Shown: piece by piece, positions 23,226-35,500 of the stretch | How the letters are laid out: each line of letters opens with the position of its first letter | Numbering within the stretch: position 1 is the first letter of the stretch | NCBI RefSeq assembly: GCF_032191835.1 | Contig: NC_083226.1 | Span: forward strand, 147,870,001 to 147,934,000 | Length of the DNA stretch: 64,000 bases | Reading direction: 5' to 3' | From: Heteronotia binoei | Lineage: Eukaryota | Translations under genes and position numbers: made by a program | Notes under the pieces: model-generated | What the model was told of the DNA's origin: nothing | Databases searched by the model: none | The model's input: only the letters and a program-made list of their open reading frames with translations

Positions 23226-25049
23226 TACTCATGATGCATACCAGGTCAATGTTCTCATCCACTAGTAAATCCAGTATCTTATACAAAGCTGGGTTTTTAG
23301 GTATCAAGAGGTTGGGAGCACAGTGCCCTAATAACTCTTAGGAAATTAGAGTGCGGGGAAATGCATTGTGTGATAGGCCTTACACAGGGACTGATTTGGG
23401 TAACAGACGTTTAGCAGCAGGCTCCAGCACAGTTGACAGAAGAACCAGGCAGAAAGATGGGGGTAACCTGCCAACAACTTCCTTCTCGTCTCCTGGTTCA
23501 TCCTCCTCCGACCACTGTACCATCCTCTGCCTACCAGTACCTTAATTGTGATTCTTGTTTCCTCTCCTTCCTAAGCATATTTACCCACACATAGGATAAA
23601 ACACAGCCCCACTCTTCTGTAAAGCAGAAGAGTTGGTTTTTAGACCCTGCTTTTCTCTACTTTAAGGAGCCTCAACATGCCTTACAATCACTTATCCCTT
23701 CCTCCCCCCCCCCCCCCAACATGGCAATTAAAAAAAATCAGCTGCAGGTCTCTTGTCAGCTGACAAACTGTTCCAGTTCCAGCTCCCACACTTGACACAA
23801 TTCTTTCTCACCCATGAGGTTTTGTGAAAAGTTGCCTTGAAAAGAAAACCCTTTGCTACAAGAATGAACTCTTGTATACAACTCTGGAACCAGAGAAGTC
23901 CTGTCACAAGTTATTTCAATGCATAGTGCACAAGAGGGGAATTGCTACTGGCATTTGGACATTCATTTGAAGTTGTAGCTACAACAGTGGGTTCTGTGGA
24001 CTATCAGCAGTATGATTTCCAGAGCTCCAAATTGTGTACAGAAATATAATGGCTCCAGCTATCTATTACAAAGTCGTTATGTCTGTTGGAAGATCAACGT
24101 TGCACCTCATGTGTAGTGGGAGTTTTGTGCCTCCTGGAGCCACTATTGGTGGAGTTGTTAAAAAAGATCCCATTACTTTACATGGCTCCATGTATGTTTC
24201 ACACCAGAGCCTATAGCAGCTTCATGGAGTAGTCTGGAGGTGAAGGAGGCTGCAGCAACTTCTCCCTGCTGGCTGCAGTCATAAACAGAAAAGAGTTGGT
24301 GTGTATCTCGGAGGCACAAAACTCCAGTTGCATGTGGGATGTACAGTCCTTGTGTTGTTGCCCAACAAAGATGAGAACTTTGTCATCTGTAGCTGCAGTC
24401 AGAATTCTATGAGTATACCCTGTTCAGACCTAATAGAAGGTTAAAGCCATGCAAAGATTCTCTATAATAAATAGTGTTTAAGTATAATCTGTGTGCCTTC
24501 TGATTTCCACATGATGTAGGCAAGCTCAGCTTTATCTTTCTTGCACACTCTATTCAGATCTTTTATGATCAGTGTAGCTATCCTGAAAAGTGTGTCCACA
24601 ATGTTAGGGCTCTCAGTGACTGAATATGTGAATGTTCTTCCTTTCATGGGTCTTTAAAAACAAAACAAAACCTCCTGCGAAGCAACCATTCCTAAGCTAC
24701 TGTCTCTCAGAAATAATTCTGCTGGAATGTATGCTTCCCATGTAGTCTAGCAGAATTATGTGGGAAGAACATTCATACAGCTTCATGGAGCCCTGACCAT
24801 TTTTCAGCAGCATCCATTTCATTCCAAAACCCAGAATATTTGAATTCGCCCTTGGCAGCATCCAGCAATGGTCCACCTTTCACCAGTGTTGATTAGCTTT
24901 CAATAACCCCTCCAAGTACTTTTACTTCTTACTTCAGTGTATGCTTACTTCTTACCAAATTACATTTCCTGTATTGCAGCTGACTAATTAATCTGCTGCA
25001 CCAGAGTGTGTATGAAGAAACTTGGTTATCTTTGCTTCTTCCTACTTAG

Positions 25050-25194
25050 GTGACTGTGCAGATATCATCGGAGGGGAAAAGTCAGTTCCACATTCCCGAC
25101 CCTTTATGGCAGCCTTAATGCGTGAAAATGTTTTTGAATGTGGAGGAACTTTGATCAGGGCAGATTGGGTGCTCACAGCAGCTCATTGCAGGAT
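25050..25194 (+). CDS. GZMA: Granzyme A-like paralog 2, exon 2 (IIGG, His57)
   Basis: ctacttag|(G)[47 protein letters not shown]|gtaagt; 145 nt. Confidence 0.95.
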
Positions 25195-25456
25195 GTAAGT
25201 TTGAATATTTTTTTCTTTATACAAAGTCTTGCTTGGAGTAATTTCTTTCAATGGTTTAGGCAACCCAGAGCACTTTTTGTGCAGTGGGGAAAATTGTACA
25301 GAGAGAATAAATTTTTTGTGCATTTATGATTATGAGGCTTATATGAATCTCTTGTTGCTTCCTGAAGATAAAAAGGTAGAAAATGTGGGTGAATGATGCT
25401 TTTCTTACTTCTCCCAAAAAATAACTGGAGTGACGGTAAAGATCAAAATGAACAGC

Positions 25457-25982
25457 AACCCGACGCTAGGCGATTATGAATAAAAGTTCCATGTAGTCTC
25501 AGCTCAAGGTCCATTCCAGACAAGGACCCCAGGATTTATTATCTCTGTTTCAATTCATAACATCTTCAACAGTGGAATGAGCTTCAATGAATAATTCTGG
25601 ACCCCAATCTTCATGGAAATTACTCCTGATTATTTCTAAGTATCTGTGAAAATTCCAATAATTATTTTATGGTGATATCCACCCAATTTCAGTCTTTTCT
25701 CATTTTTAGTAAAGTTTATTTCATAGGAATCAATCCTTCATTCTATGTAACACATGCCCCCAATCCTTCATTCTATGTAACAGGCCTTCATTCCTTCATT
25801 CTATGTAACAGGCATGTTTAATTTCCATGAGCATTGGGGTCCAGAATTATTCATTGACGCTCATTCCACTGATGAAGATGTTATGAAATTGAAACAATAA
25901 ATTCTGGGGTCTTTGTCTGGAACAGACCTTGACCTGAGACTACTGCGTGGAATTTTTATTCATAATTGCCTATTGTCGGGTT
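25457..25982. repeat. Long inverted repeat (about 165-bp arms, about 200-bp spacer), probably Penelope-like pLTR relics
   Basis: 25457-25621 is the reverse complement of 25820-25982. Related sequence occurs at about 32550-32583 and 37050-37240. Confidence 0.7.
25864..25922 (+). ncRNA. Type I hammerhead ribozyme motif (Penelope-like element derived)
   Basis: TTCCA-CTGATGA-[weak stem II]-GAAA-CAA...TTGTC-TGGAA. Stem I is 5 bp, stem III is 4 bp, and the GUC cleavage triplet is at 25915-25917. Confidence 0.5.
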
Positions 25983-26149
25983 TCTTACTTCTCCCCCACC
26001 CGTATCTCCTTTGCTTCCTTTTTTTGCTGTTGTGTGGCTGGTATGAAGCAGAACCAAGGATTGAAAAAGTGGGAGCAAGCAGGGGGAAGGGATGTGTGTG
26101 GAGGACACTGAGATTTCTCCCCCCCTATGAGTCTTGTGTTTAAAACAAT

Positions 26150-29100
26150 TTTATTCCAGTAACATATGGTAACAATCATTTCTTTGCATTATTAATTACT
26201 TCTTTTTATCTATCCCATATATTACTTTTCTAACCCCCCTCCCCGTTACTTGACCCCTGCCGGTGTTATATACTTAAAATACTAATATTTAAAGGTACCC
26301 TTAACTAATAAAACAAAAATTTCTATTTTTCATTCTTTTAAGGCTTAATCATTATCAAAAATTGTCCAACGTCCTTTTATTTTCCACTCTTTTTCTATAT
26401 AACTTCTAAACTTCTTCCACTCCAACTTAAAAGTTTCTAGATCATAGTCTCTTAAAATTCTTGTCAATTTGTCCATTTCACTCCATGTTATAACTTTTAT
26501 AATCCAATCCCATTTCTCTGGTATTCTTTCTTGCTTCCACAACTGCGCATACAACGTCCTAGCAGCTGAGAGCAAGTACCAAATTATAGTTCTATCTTCT
26601 TTTGGAAATTTAGTTTGGCCTTTTTAGGCCCAGGTACTTCCAGAAGGTTTTGTGAACTGGATCGTAGTGCTCTCTGGGGAACATATGGAGAGAGGCGGTC
26701 CCTAAGGTAGGCAGGTCCTCGGCCATATAGGGCTTTAAAGGTAATAACCAGCACCTTGTAACGAACTCGGTAAACAATTGGCAGCCAATGCAGCTCCCGC
26801 AGCCTAGGCTGCACATGTTCCCACCGAGGTAGGCCCAATAGCAGTCTGGCTGCTGCATTCTGCACTAGCTGCAGTTTTCGAGTTCGGCACAGGGGCAGCC
26901 CCATGTAGAGGGCATTACAGTAATTCGCTTTTTATTCCTTCTTGATCCACCATCTCTCTTCCATCAACCACAATCTTACTAATAATTTTACTTTCTCTCT
27001 CTTTTTTCAACTGCCAGGCCAGATACTTTCCAGGTTTATTTGCTCCCTCAAAAGACTTTTGCTGTAATTTTTTCAAATTCCATTCTAGTTCTTTATTTAA
27101 CAAATGTCTATTTGTGTTTGTAATATTGTAATCTCCCTCACAATTTTCTTTTCCCCTGGCCTTTTCCTTAATTCACCTTCTTTTTTCTTTATTTCATTTT
27201 GAATGTCCAACATCTTTATCTTTTGCCCTCTTATCTTTATTGTTCAATGTTATCAATATTCCTCTCATTACTGCCTTATAGGCATCCCACACTGTCTGGA
27301 ATTCAATATCTTCTCTGTCATTTATTTGGAAGAAAGCTTTGGTTTCGTTTTCTAGAGATGTCACTATTTCTTTATTCTGTAGTAAATCTTCATTTAATCT
27401 CCATCTTCTTGATTTTTTCAACAAATTTGTAATCCGCATTATTGGGTTATGATCAGCTCCTATTTTAGGCAAAAACTCAATTTTCTTTGTTATAAGGCCC
27501 AAATCTTTAGTGCTTCACAACATGTCAATTCTAGAAAAAGAATTATGTCTTGCTGAAAAGAAGGTATAGTCCCGTACATCAGGATTAAATTTCCTCCATA
27601 TATCTTCCAGATTTTCTTGTTTAACCAATTCAAAAAAAAGATTTTGGCAATTTTCCTTCTTTATTATTTTTTTTTGTCCAGATCTATCTAATGCATTCTG
27701 AATTGTTCCATTAAAGTCCCCCATTATCAAAATTTGATCATATGTCAATTCATCAAGTTGTTGTGTAATATCATTAAAAAATACATCTTTCGCTCCATTT
27801 GGCGCATACTTTTTTTCTGATTCAAATTTATTTCTACTGCTACAAATCTTCCATTTTTATCTTTAAGAACTAATTTCAGATCCAATTCCTGTTTAACATA
27901 AAAAAATCACTCCCCTTTTCTTCTGCTCAGCCAGGAAATAAAATTCTAATCCCAATTGTTTATTCCATAAAAATTTATAGTCCTTCTGTTTTATATGTAC
28001 TTCTTGTAGACAAACTATATTACAATTTTGCTTTTTTAATCCAATGAAATGTTGCCCTTCTTTTTTGTGGTGAATTTAGTCCATTTACATTCCAAGATAA
28101 TAATTTGTAATCCATCATGGTGCAATTCTTTATGTTCTTCATAAAATCTACGCAGTTTCTGTTCATTTGTAATTGTAATTCTTTTTCCCTGAAGTTCAAA
28201 ACTCAAACCTTCAGGTATTATCCATCTATACCTCATTTCATTGTCCCGTAATTTCTCTGTCAGTTTTTTGTATGTTCTTCTGTCATTTATCACTTGCCTT
28301 GGTTAACTCCTTCATGATTCTTACTCTACTACCTCCCACTACCAATGTCTTTTCAAAATTTTTGTTCATGATCTTTCCCACCATTTCCTTTGTCATATAT
28401 CTTATGACCACATCTCTTGGTAGATTATTTTTTTCCCCGCATAAAATGAATTCACTCTATACATATAGTCATACATATTTTTAGTCTCTTCAGGATCTTC
28501 CTCCAAAAATTCTGCAATTATTTTTATTATATATTCTTTCAAGTAACTTTCTTCTTTTTCAGGTACACCTCTCAGATGTATCTGAGTCTCCAAGAATTTG
28601 CAGTCATGGATTGCCACTTTTTCTTGTATTTTCAAAAAAGGTGGAATCATGTACTTTCATTCTCCCTTCTACCTCCTGCACTTTCTTAGATGTTTTCTCA
28701 GTCTCATTTCTGAGATCATCAATATGTTTTTAAATCTCTTCTATAATTTCTTTTTTAGAGGCAGTTATCATCTCTTTCATACCTTTCATCATTCTAGCCT
28801 CCATTGCCTCTAATTGTTTCTGCATTTTCTCCAGAGAAGTGGCCCTTGTACGGGTTTGCTTATGCTCTGACATTTAAAAACACCGAAAATTTTATTCTCA
28901 CCAATTTAAAATTTAACTATCAGATTCAAAAATTAGAGCTTGCTTTTTCCAACAAGCCTAATTTCACCATCCTCAGAGCCTCCTAGGCTGAGATATTAAT
29001 TTTTAAAGTTTTTATTTCTTTCAAAATGGCGGTCACGACTTTCTACTTCTCTTTAAAAAAATTCTTTTTTCCTTTAAAAGCTTCTAAAATCCATTATTAA

Positions 29101-29450
29101 CAATAATGTCCAATAGTATTTATCTTTTCATCACCACCTCAATTGTTTCCAACAATTATTAATGTCCCGAACACCTTAAAAATATTATTTTAATTTTGAC
29201 CTCCTTGCAATGGCCGCCAATATTTTTCTATGGTGTTATAGTCCTAGAGTAGGCTTTTCATCTAATACTTCCTGCTTTACTTGCCACCAAATCCCGTTTT
29301 CGCTGGTAGAGAGATCTCATGATACTTGACGTACTTCCTGTGTTGACTGTGTATGCTGCAGGTTTGTGACGATGATGCTCTTTTTTCAAAACCGCAAGTA
29401 GACCAAACAATAAATTCCTTCTCACTTTTTAGCACTGTCCTTTAAATTTA
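26150..29450 (-). mobile_element. L1-clade LINE: 5' UTR, degraded ORF1, APE endonuclease and ORF2 C-terminus; RT domain missing
   Basis: ORF1 ..IHLRGVPEKEE..RYRWIIPEGLSF; APE CLQEVH, IMGDFN, FSRIDM, ADHNP; C-terminus LSAARTLYAQLWK..EWKKF. Boundaries approximate. Confidence 0.85.
26610..26922 (-). mobile_element. L2-clade fragment embedded in the L1
   Basis: YCNALYMGLPL..LQLVQNAAARLL..LHWLPI..FKALYGRGPAYLRDRL, the L2 ORF2 C-terminal signature. Confidence 0.85.
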
Positions 29451-29965
29451 AAAAAGTCCAAATTTCATCTCTTCATCCCTTCTTCTTCCAAGCTTTCTAG
29501 ATTTCCATTTCCCACCTTCTGAATTTTTTCTGTTTAACTTTAAATAGTCCTGGAATGAAAGATAATAATCTGTACCTTTTCTGCAAATTATCCAGATCCA
29601 CACCTGTTTTGTGTAGCTTTAGATGTTTAGTAATGTCCAAGAAGGTTAGGATTCTGTCGAGCTTATGTCAAATAAATGACTCTGGAAACTTCTGCAGATG
29701 ATGAAAATGCAACTCTTCTCCAGAGACCACTCAAAGCCTCAAAGGAGCCCCCCCCCCCCCGACTCCCTTTTAGCCAAGGTAAATCTCCTCAAAGTTTCCT
29801 GTGCATATCTTGGACTAATCTCTGACTGAGAAAAGTAGGCAGTAGGCATTAATTTGCCTTCCACTACCCCGAACAGAAGTTCCAGCCTGCTCCCTTTATG
29901 AGAAGCAGCTGAGCTCGGCATTTTCCTACCCTGGAAGTCCACCTCCCCTATGAGTCTTTATGCTA

Positions 29966-30302
29966 AGAGCCCTGTGGCACAGAGTGGTAAGCTGCAGTAC
30001 TGCAGTCCAAGCTCTGCTTATGACCTGAGTTCGATCCCGGCAGAAGCTGGGTTCAGGTGGCTGGCTCATGGTTGACTCAGCCTTCCATCCTTCCGAGGAC
30101 AGTAAAATGAGTTAAAGTGTAAATGGGGTTAAAGTGTAAATGACTGGGGTTAAAGTGTAAATGACTGGGGTTAAAGTGTAAATGACTGGGAAAGGCAATG
30201 GCAAACCACCCCATAAAAAGTCTGCCATGAAAACATTGTGAAAGCAACATCACCCCAGAGTCGGAAACGACTGGTGCTTGCACAGGAGATTACCTTTACC
30301 TT
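29966..30302 (+). mobile_element. Sauria SINE with an internal 21-bp tandem repeat
   Basis: Same family; (GGGGTTAAAGTGTAAATGACT)x3+ at about 30110-30190; ACCTTT tail. Confidence 0.85.
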
Positions 30303-31119
30303 TATGAGTCTGTATAGTTCACCATTTGTTATGGACTAAATAGAAGAAAAATAGAAAAGGTAATGACAGTTTCTGGGAAGGACATATAGCTGTCATGAGC
30401 CTAACCTGGATGGTACAAGCTAGCCTGATCTTGTCAGATCTCAGAAGCTACATGGGATTGGCCCGGGTTAGTACTTCAGTGGGAGATCACAAAGGAAGTC
30501 CAGGGATGGCAATGGAAAACCACCTCTGAACTTCCCTTGCCTTGAAAAAGCAAGTTGGCTGCAACTTGACAGCCCTTTCTACCACATGGAGCTATCCCTA
30601 ACTCATGTGACCCTCTCATGCATCTTCCTAGAAATGTTTGATAAAGGAAACTTGGGACATTACCTTCAGCATGCTCTGTCTTTCTTCCAACTCACTGGTT
30701 CCTGTTTGCAGGAAATATACTAAATATGAAGAAATCTTATTGAGTATTTATTCTACTAAACATTATCCCTGAGATACCTAACATATAGTTAGATCCTGGT
30801 TTATGCTTCAGTTGTGAAATTGCTGTACGAATGCAGCTCTAGGCTTGTTTCCTGGAAGTAAATCCTATTGAAATCAATTCTACTCACTTCAAAATAGTTT
30901 GGGCTAGGGATATGATACTGATTTCAGATTGTTAGATATGACAGGAAAGAGTACAAATACAAGTACTCTGGAACTTTGCCAAAAGTCCAGAATAGATTAA
31001 AAATCAGTGGTGTAAGGTAGAGTCTAAGAAGAGGGCCTGGAAATAGTTGTGATAATTTGGACATGAGGTATAGAAAGCATTCTTGCAGGAAACCAGAGAA
31101 CTCAAGAGAAGACAGAGCC

Positions 31120-31380
31120 TGATTTCCCACTAGCCTTACCCCCCCCCCCCCGCTCCTTCTCAGCAGGGCTTCCCGTCGGATTTTGCACAAGCTGCCCTGA
31201 GGCTGCAACTTGCTCTGCCTCTTTCATACAGCAAACAAGATCCTCTAAAAACCAGTTTCTGTTTGCCGCGTGAAAAAGGCAAAGCTAGTTGCAGCCATAG
31301 GGCAGATAGTGTGAAATCTGACAGAAGCCCCATAGAGAAGAGGGAAGTGAGAGCGGCATAAGGCTAGTGGGAAATCGGTA
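31120..31380. mobile_element. Palindromic MITE (related copy at 47735-47998)
   Basis: GATTTCCCACTAGCCTTA...TAAGGCTAGTGGGAAATC; the whole element folds as a hairpin. Confidence 0.7.
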
Positions 31381-31995
31381 AGAGACAACTGGCAAGTTAC
31401 ACATGCATGTAGTTTACTTGGCGTGCTCTGACAGCAGATGTTTTGTCTGTTTTGGTTTCTGTTCCTAGTGGGTATTCTGCTGTTTTCCAGGTAATACATG
31501 CAACATATGAAGCATTTAGTTTCTGGAACCAGAAAATTAGACCTGTAACTACTGTGCTAAATCTAATGATGCTAAATTCAACTCAGAAGAAAACAAAACA
31601 CTGGGACATCAGGCCCTATTCTATGTTGAATGTGCAGTTTTAAGTCTATGCAGATAGTAAAAGAAAATCCTGACTGAAAAACTGTAACAGCAAGAACTCA
31701 GAACAATACAAGACAACATATTAATTAATTTTATTTATTTATTTATTTAGTAGGCTTACATTCTGCCCCTTCAGGGCGGATCACAACATAAACTGACAAC
31801 AATAAAAAACCTACAATTCAGAGCTAAAACAATGCATTAAAATTGACAAAATAAGAACAATAAAACAATAAAGTGCAATAAAATGATAAATAAAATATGG
31901 GGAATTTGTTACAAACGGGATATCAGTACAGACTATGAATGGACTGTGATTAATGCTATTCATTCTTTAAATGTATCTATTTTTTATCTTTTCAG

Positions 31996-32137
31996 AAAGA
32001 GAAGTGACAAAGTTATTCTTGGTGCTCATTCACTAACTAAATTTGAGAAAGAAAAACAGGAGTTTCAAGTTACTAAAAGATTCCGTCACCAGATGTTTAA
32101 CAGAGAAACTTATGAAAATGACATTATGCTTTTGAAG
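31996..32137 (+). CDS. GZMA: Granzyme A-like paralog 2, exon 3 (Asp102)
   Basis: ttttcag|..KRSDKVILGAHSLTKFEKEKQEFQVTKRFRHQMFNRETYENDIMLLK|gtacat; 142 nt. Confidence 0.95.
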
Positions 32138-32583
32138 GTACATTTAAAAAGCAAACATGAATGACTGGAGTGTGTGTATGGAATTCTGGAGTTTTCTTTA
32201 TTAAAATATAGTTATACCTTGCCTTTCCTTTTGATGGGTTGGATCCATCCAATGTTGTTGCTATTAAAAAGAGGGTATGTCTCCTTTCACTACCCCCACA
32301 AAGGAAATCATGGGGCACACATGGATGGTCATGGAGGACACTTGAGACAGAGGCTATTGTAAGAAGAAGACTATGAGAAGGTGGAATGAAGAAACTTCTC
32401 TGGATCCAGTTCATTGTATATATCTTGCTGAATATTTTCCCCATCAGTTAATTAGGAAGCTCTTCCACTAAAAACAGTTATGAGGGAGAACTTCATTCAA
32501 ATGGGGCTGAATATTATAATAGAACAGTATAGGAGTGATGGTAGTAACAATAATAGGAACAAGAACCCGACACTTAGGCAATC

Positions 32584-35500
32584 ATAAGAACATAAGAGAA
32601 GCCATGTTGGATCAGACCAATAGCCCATCCAGTCCAACACTTTGTGTCACACAGTGGCCAATATATGTATGCATACACACACACACATAAATACAAAAAC
32701 ACAAACACACACATATATATACTGTGACTAATACCCACTGATGAACCTCTGCTCCATATTTTTAACCAGTTCCCTCTTAAAGCTGGCTATGCTTGTAGCC
32801 GCTACCACCTCCTGTGGCAGTGAATTCCACATGTTAATCACCCTTTAGGTGAAGAAGTACTTCCTTTTATCAGTTTTAACCTGACCGATCAATAATTTCA
32901 TTGAACGCCCACGAGTTCTTGTATTGTGAGAAAGGGAGAAAAGTACTTCTTTCTCAATCCCATGCATAATCTTGTAAACCTCTATCATGTCACCCCGCAA
33001 TCGACGTTCCTCCAAGCTAAAGAGCCCCAAGCGTTTTAACCTTTCTTCATAGGGAAAGTGTTCCAAACCTTTAATCATTCTAGTTGCCCTTTTTTGCACT
33101 TTTTCCAATGCCATAATATCTTTTTTGAGATGCGGTGACCAGAATTGTACACAGTATTCCAAATGAGACCGCACCATAGATTTATACAAGGTCACTATGA
33201 TATTGGCTGATTTGTTTTCAGTTCCCTTCCTAATAATTCCCAGCATGGCGTTGGCCTTTTTTATTGCAATTGCACACTGACTTGACATTTTCAGTGAGTT
33301 ATCTACCACGACCCCAAGATCTCTCTCTTGGTCATCTCTGCCAGTTCACAACCCATCAATTTGTATTTGTAGCTGGGATTCTTGGCCCCAATGTGCATTA
33401 CTTTGCTCTTGTACACATTGAACCTCATCTGCCACATTGATGCCCACTCACCCAGCCTCAACAGAAGACTGCCCATTTATACTCACTTTCTGCTTCCTAT
33501 TAATTAGCCAGTTTTTGAACCACAAAAGGACCTGTCCTTTTACTCCATGACTCTTGAGCTTACTAAGGAGCCTTTGATGAGGAACTTTATCAAAAGCTTT
33601 CTGGAAGTCAAGGTAAACAACATCTATTGGGTCTCCTTTGTCCACATGTTTGTTCACCCTCTCAAAGAACTGTAACAGGTTAGTGAGGCAAGATCTTCCC
33701 TTACAGAACCCGTGCTGAGTCTTCCTCAATAACTTGTGTTCATCAATGTGCCTACTCATTCTGTCTTTGATAATGCTTTCTACCAACTTTCCCGGTATTG
33801 AAGTCAGACTGATTGGCCTGTAATTTCCCGGATCTCCTCTGGAACCATTTTTAAAGATGGGGGTGACATTTGCTACCTTCCAGTCCTCAGGAACGGAGGC
33901 AGATTTCAATGAAAGATTACCTATTTTTGTCAGATGATCCACACATTCAACTTTGAGTTCTTTCAGAACTCTTGGATGTATGCCATCCAGACCTGGTGAC
34001 TTATTAGTTTTTAATTCGTCAATAAGTTGTCCTCTCTTGTCACCTCAATTTGACTCAGGTCTTTCAACACCCCTTCCAAAATTAGTGGTTCTGGAGCGGG
34101 TAAACACTTCTTGTCTCTCACAATGAAGACGGAGGCAAAAAATGCTTTCAGCTTCTCAGCCATTTCCCTATCCTTCTTCAGTACTCCTTTGACCCCTTGG
34201 TCATCCAAGGGCCCCACTGCCTCCCTGGCTGGTTTCCTGCTTCTAATATATTTGAAGAAATTTTTATTGTTGGTCTTTATGTTTTTTGCAATATGCTCCT
34301 CATAGTCCCTTTTTGCCTGCCTGATTACAGTCCTGCATTTGATTTGCGACAGCCTGTGTTCCCTTTTATTAATCTCACTTGGACTAGCTTTCCACCACTT
34401 AAAGGAGTCCTTCTTACCTTTTACAGCTTCCATTACTTTGTTTGTTAACCATGCAGGCCTTTTCTTATACCTGTTTGTGCCTTTCCTAACTTCTTGTATA
34501 TATTTCATCTGAGCTTCTAGGATTGTAGTTTTAAATAGCCTCCAAGCTTCCCCAAGGGTTTCGACTGTATTTACCTTTCCTTTCAGTTTCCTCTTCACAT
34601 GCCTCCTCATCTCAGAGAATTTACCCCTTTTAAAGTTAAATGCGGTTGTGCTGGTCTTTTGGGGCAACTCCCTATTTATACAAATGGTGAAATCAATAAT
34701 GTTATGGTCACTGCTCCCAAGCGGTGCGATCACTTTTACATCTCTCACCAAGTCTTGGGCATTACTTAGGACCAAATCCAGGATCGCCCCACCCTTGGTA
34801 GGTTCTGTGACCATCTGCTCCATAGCACAGTCATTGAGACCATCTAGAAACTCAATCTCTTTCTCTCGACCTGAACACATATTGACCCAATCAATCTGCG
34901 AGTAGTTAAAATCACGTATTATGACATAGTTTTTACATTTAGCCACTATCTTTAATCCTTCCATCATATTATAATCATCTATCTTTTGATTTGGTGAGCG
35001 ATAACAAACTCCCATAGTTAAATTTCCTTTTGGGCCCTCTATTTCGACCCAAAGCATTTCTAGAAGGGAATCTAATTCTTTGACCTCAGTCTTACTGGAC
35101 TGTATACCCTCTCTGACATACAGAGACACCCCATCTCCAACCCTTCCCTCCCTATCCTTCCGATATAACTTATATCAAGGAATCACCATGTCCCACTGAT
35201 TCTCCTCATTCCACCAAGTTTCTGAAATTCTCACAATGTCTATGTTTCCCCCCAACACTAAACATTCCAACTCATCAATTTTACTTCGAACACTTCTAGC
35301 ATTTGTATACAAACATCTATAATTTCCCAGGCAAGTTAGGCATGCAACCTTCCTCCTGCTGCCTTGAGACTTTGGCAGACACTCCATACTGTTTCTCACC
35401 ATCTCAGTGGACAACTCTGATTCATTACCTGGTAGAAAAGTAACAGCTAACCCTTCATCTCTTTGAGATGAGTCCTCCCGAAAGAGACATTTCATCTCCT

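Noticed and set aside
23750-24650. Coding-looking stretch considered as an endogenous viral element
   Set aside because: All frames contain multiple stops and I recognise no viral motif; only a translated search could rescue it.
30110-30190. Regular 21-bp repeats resembling an array
   Set aside because: There are no spacers; this is a slippage-derived tandem repeat inside a Sauria SINE, not CRISPR-like.
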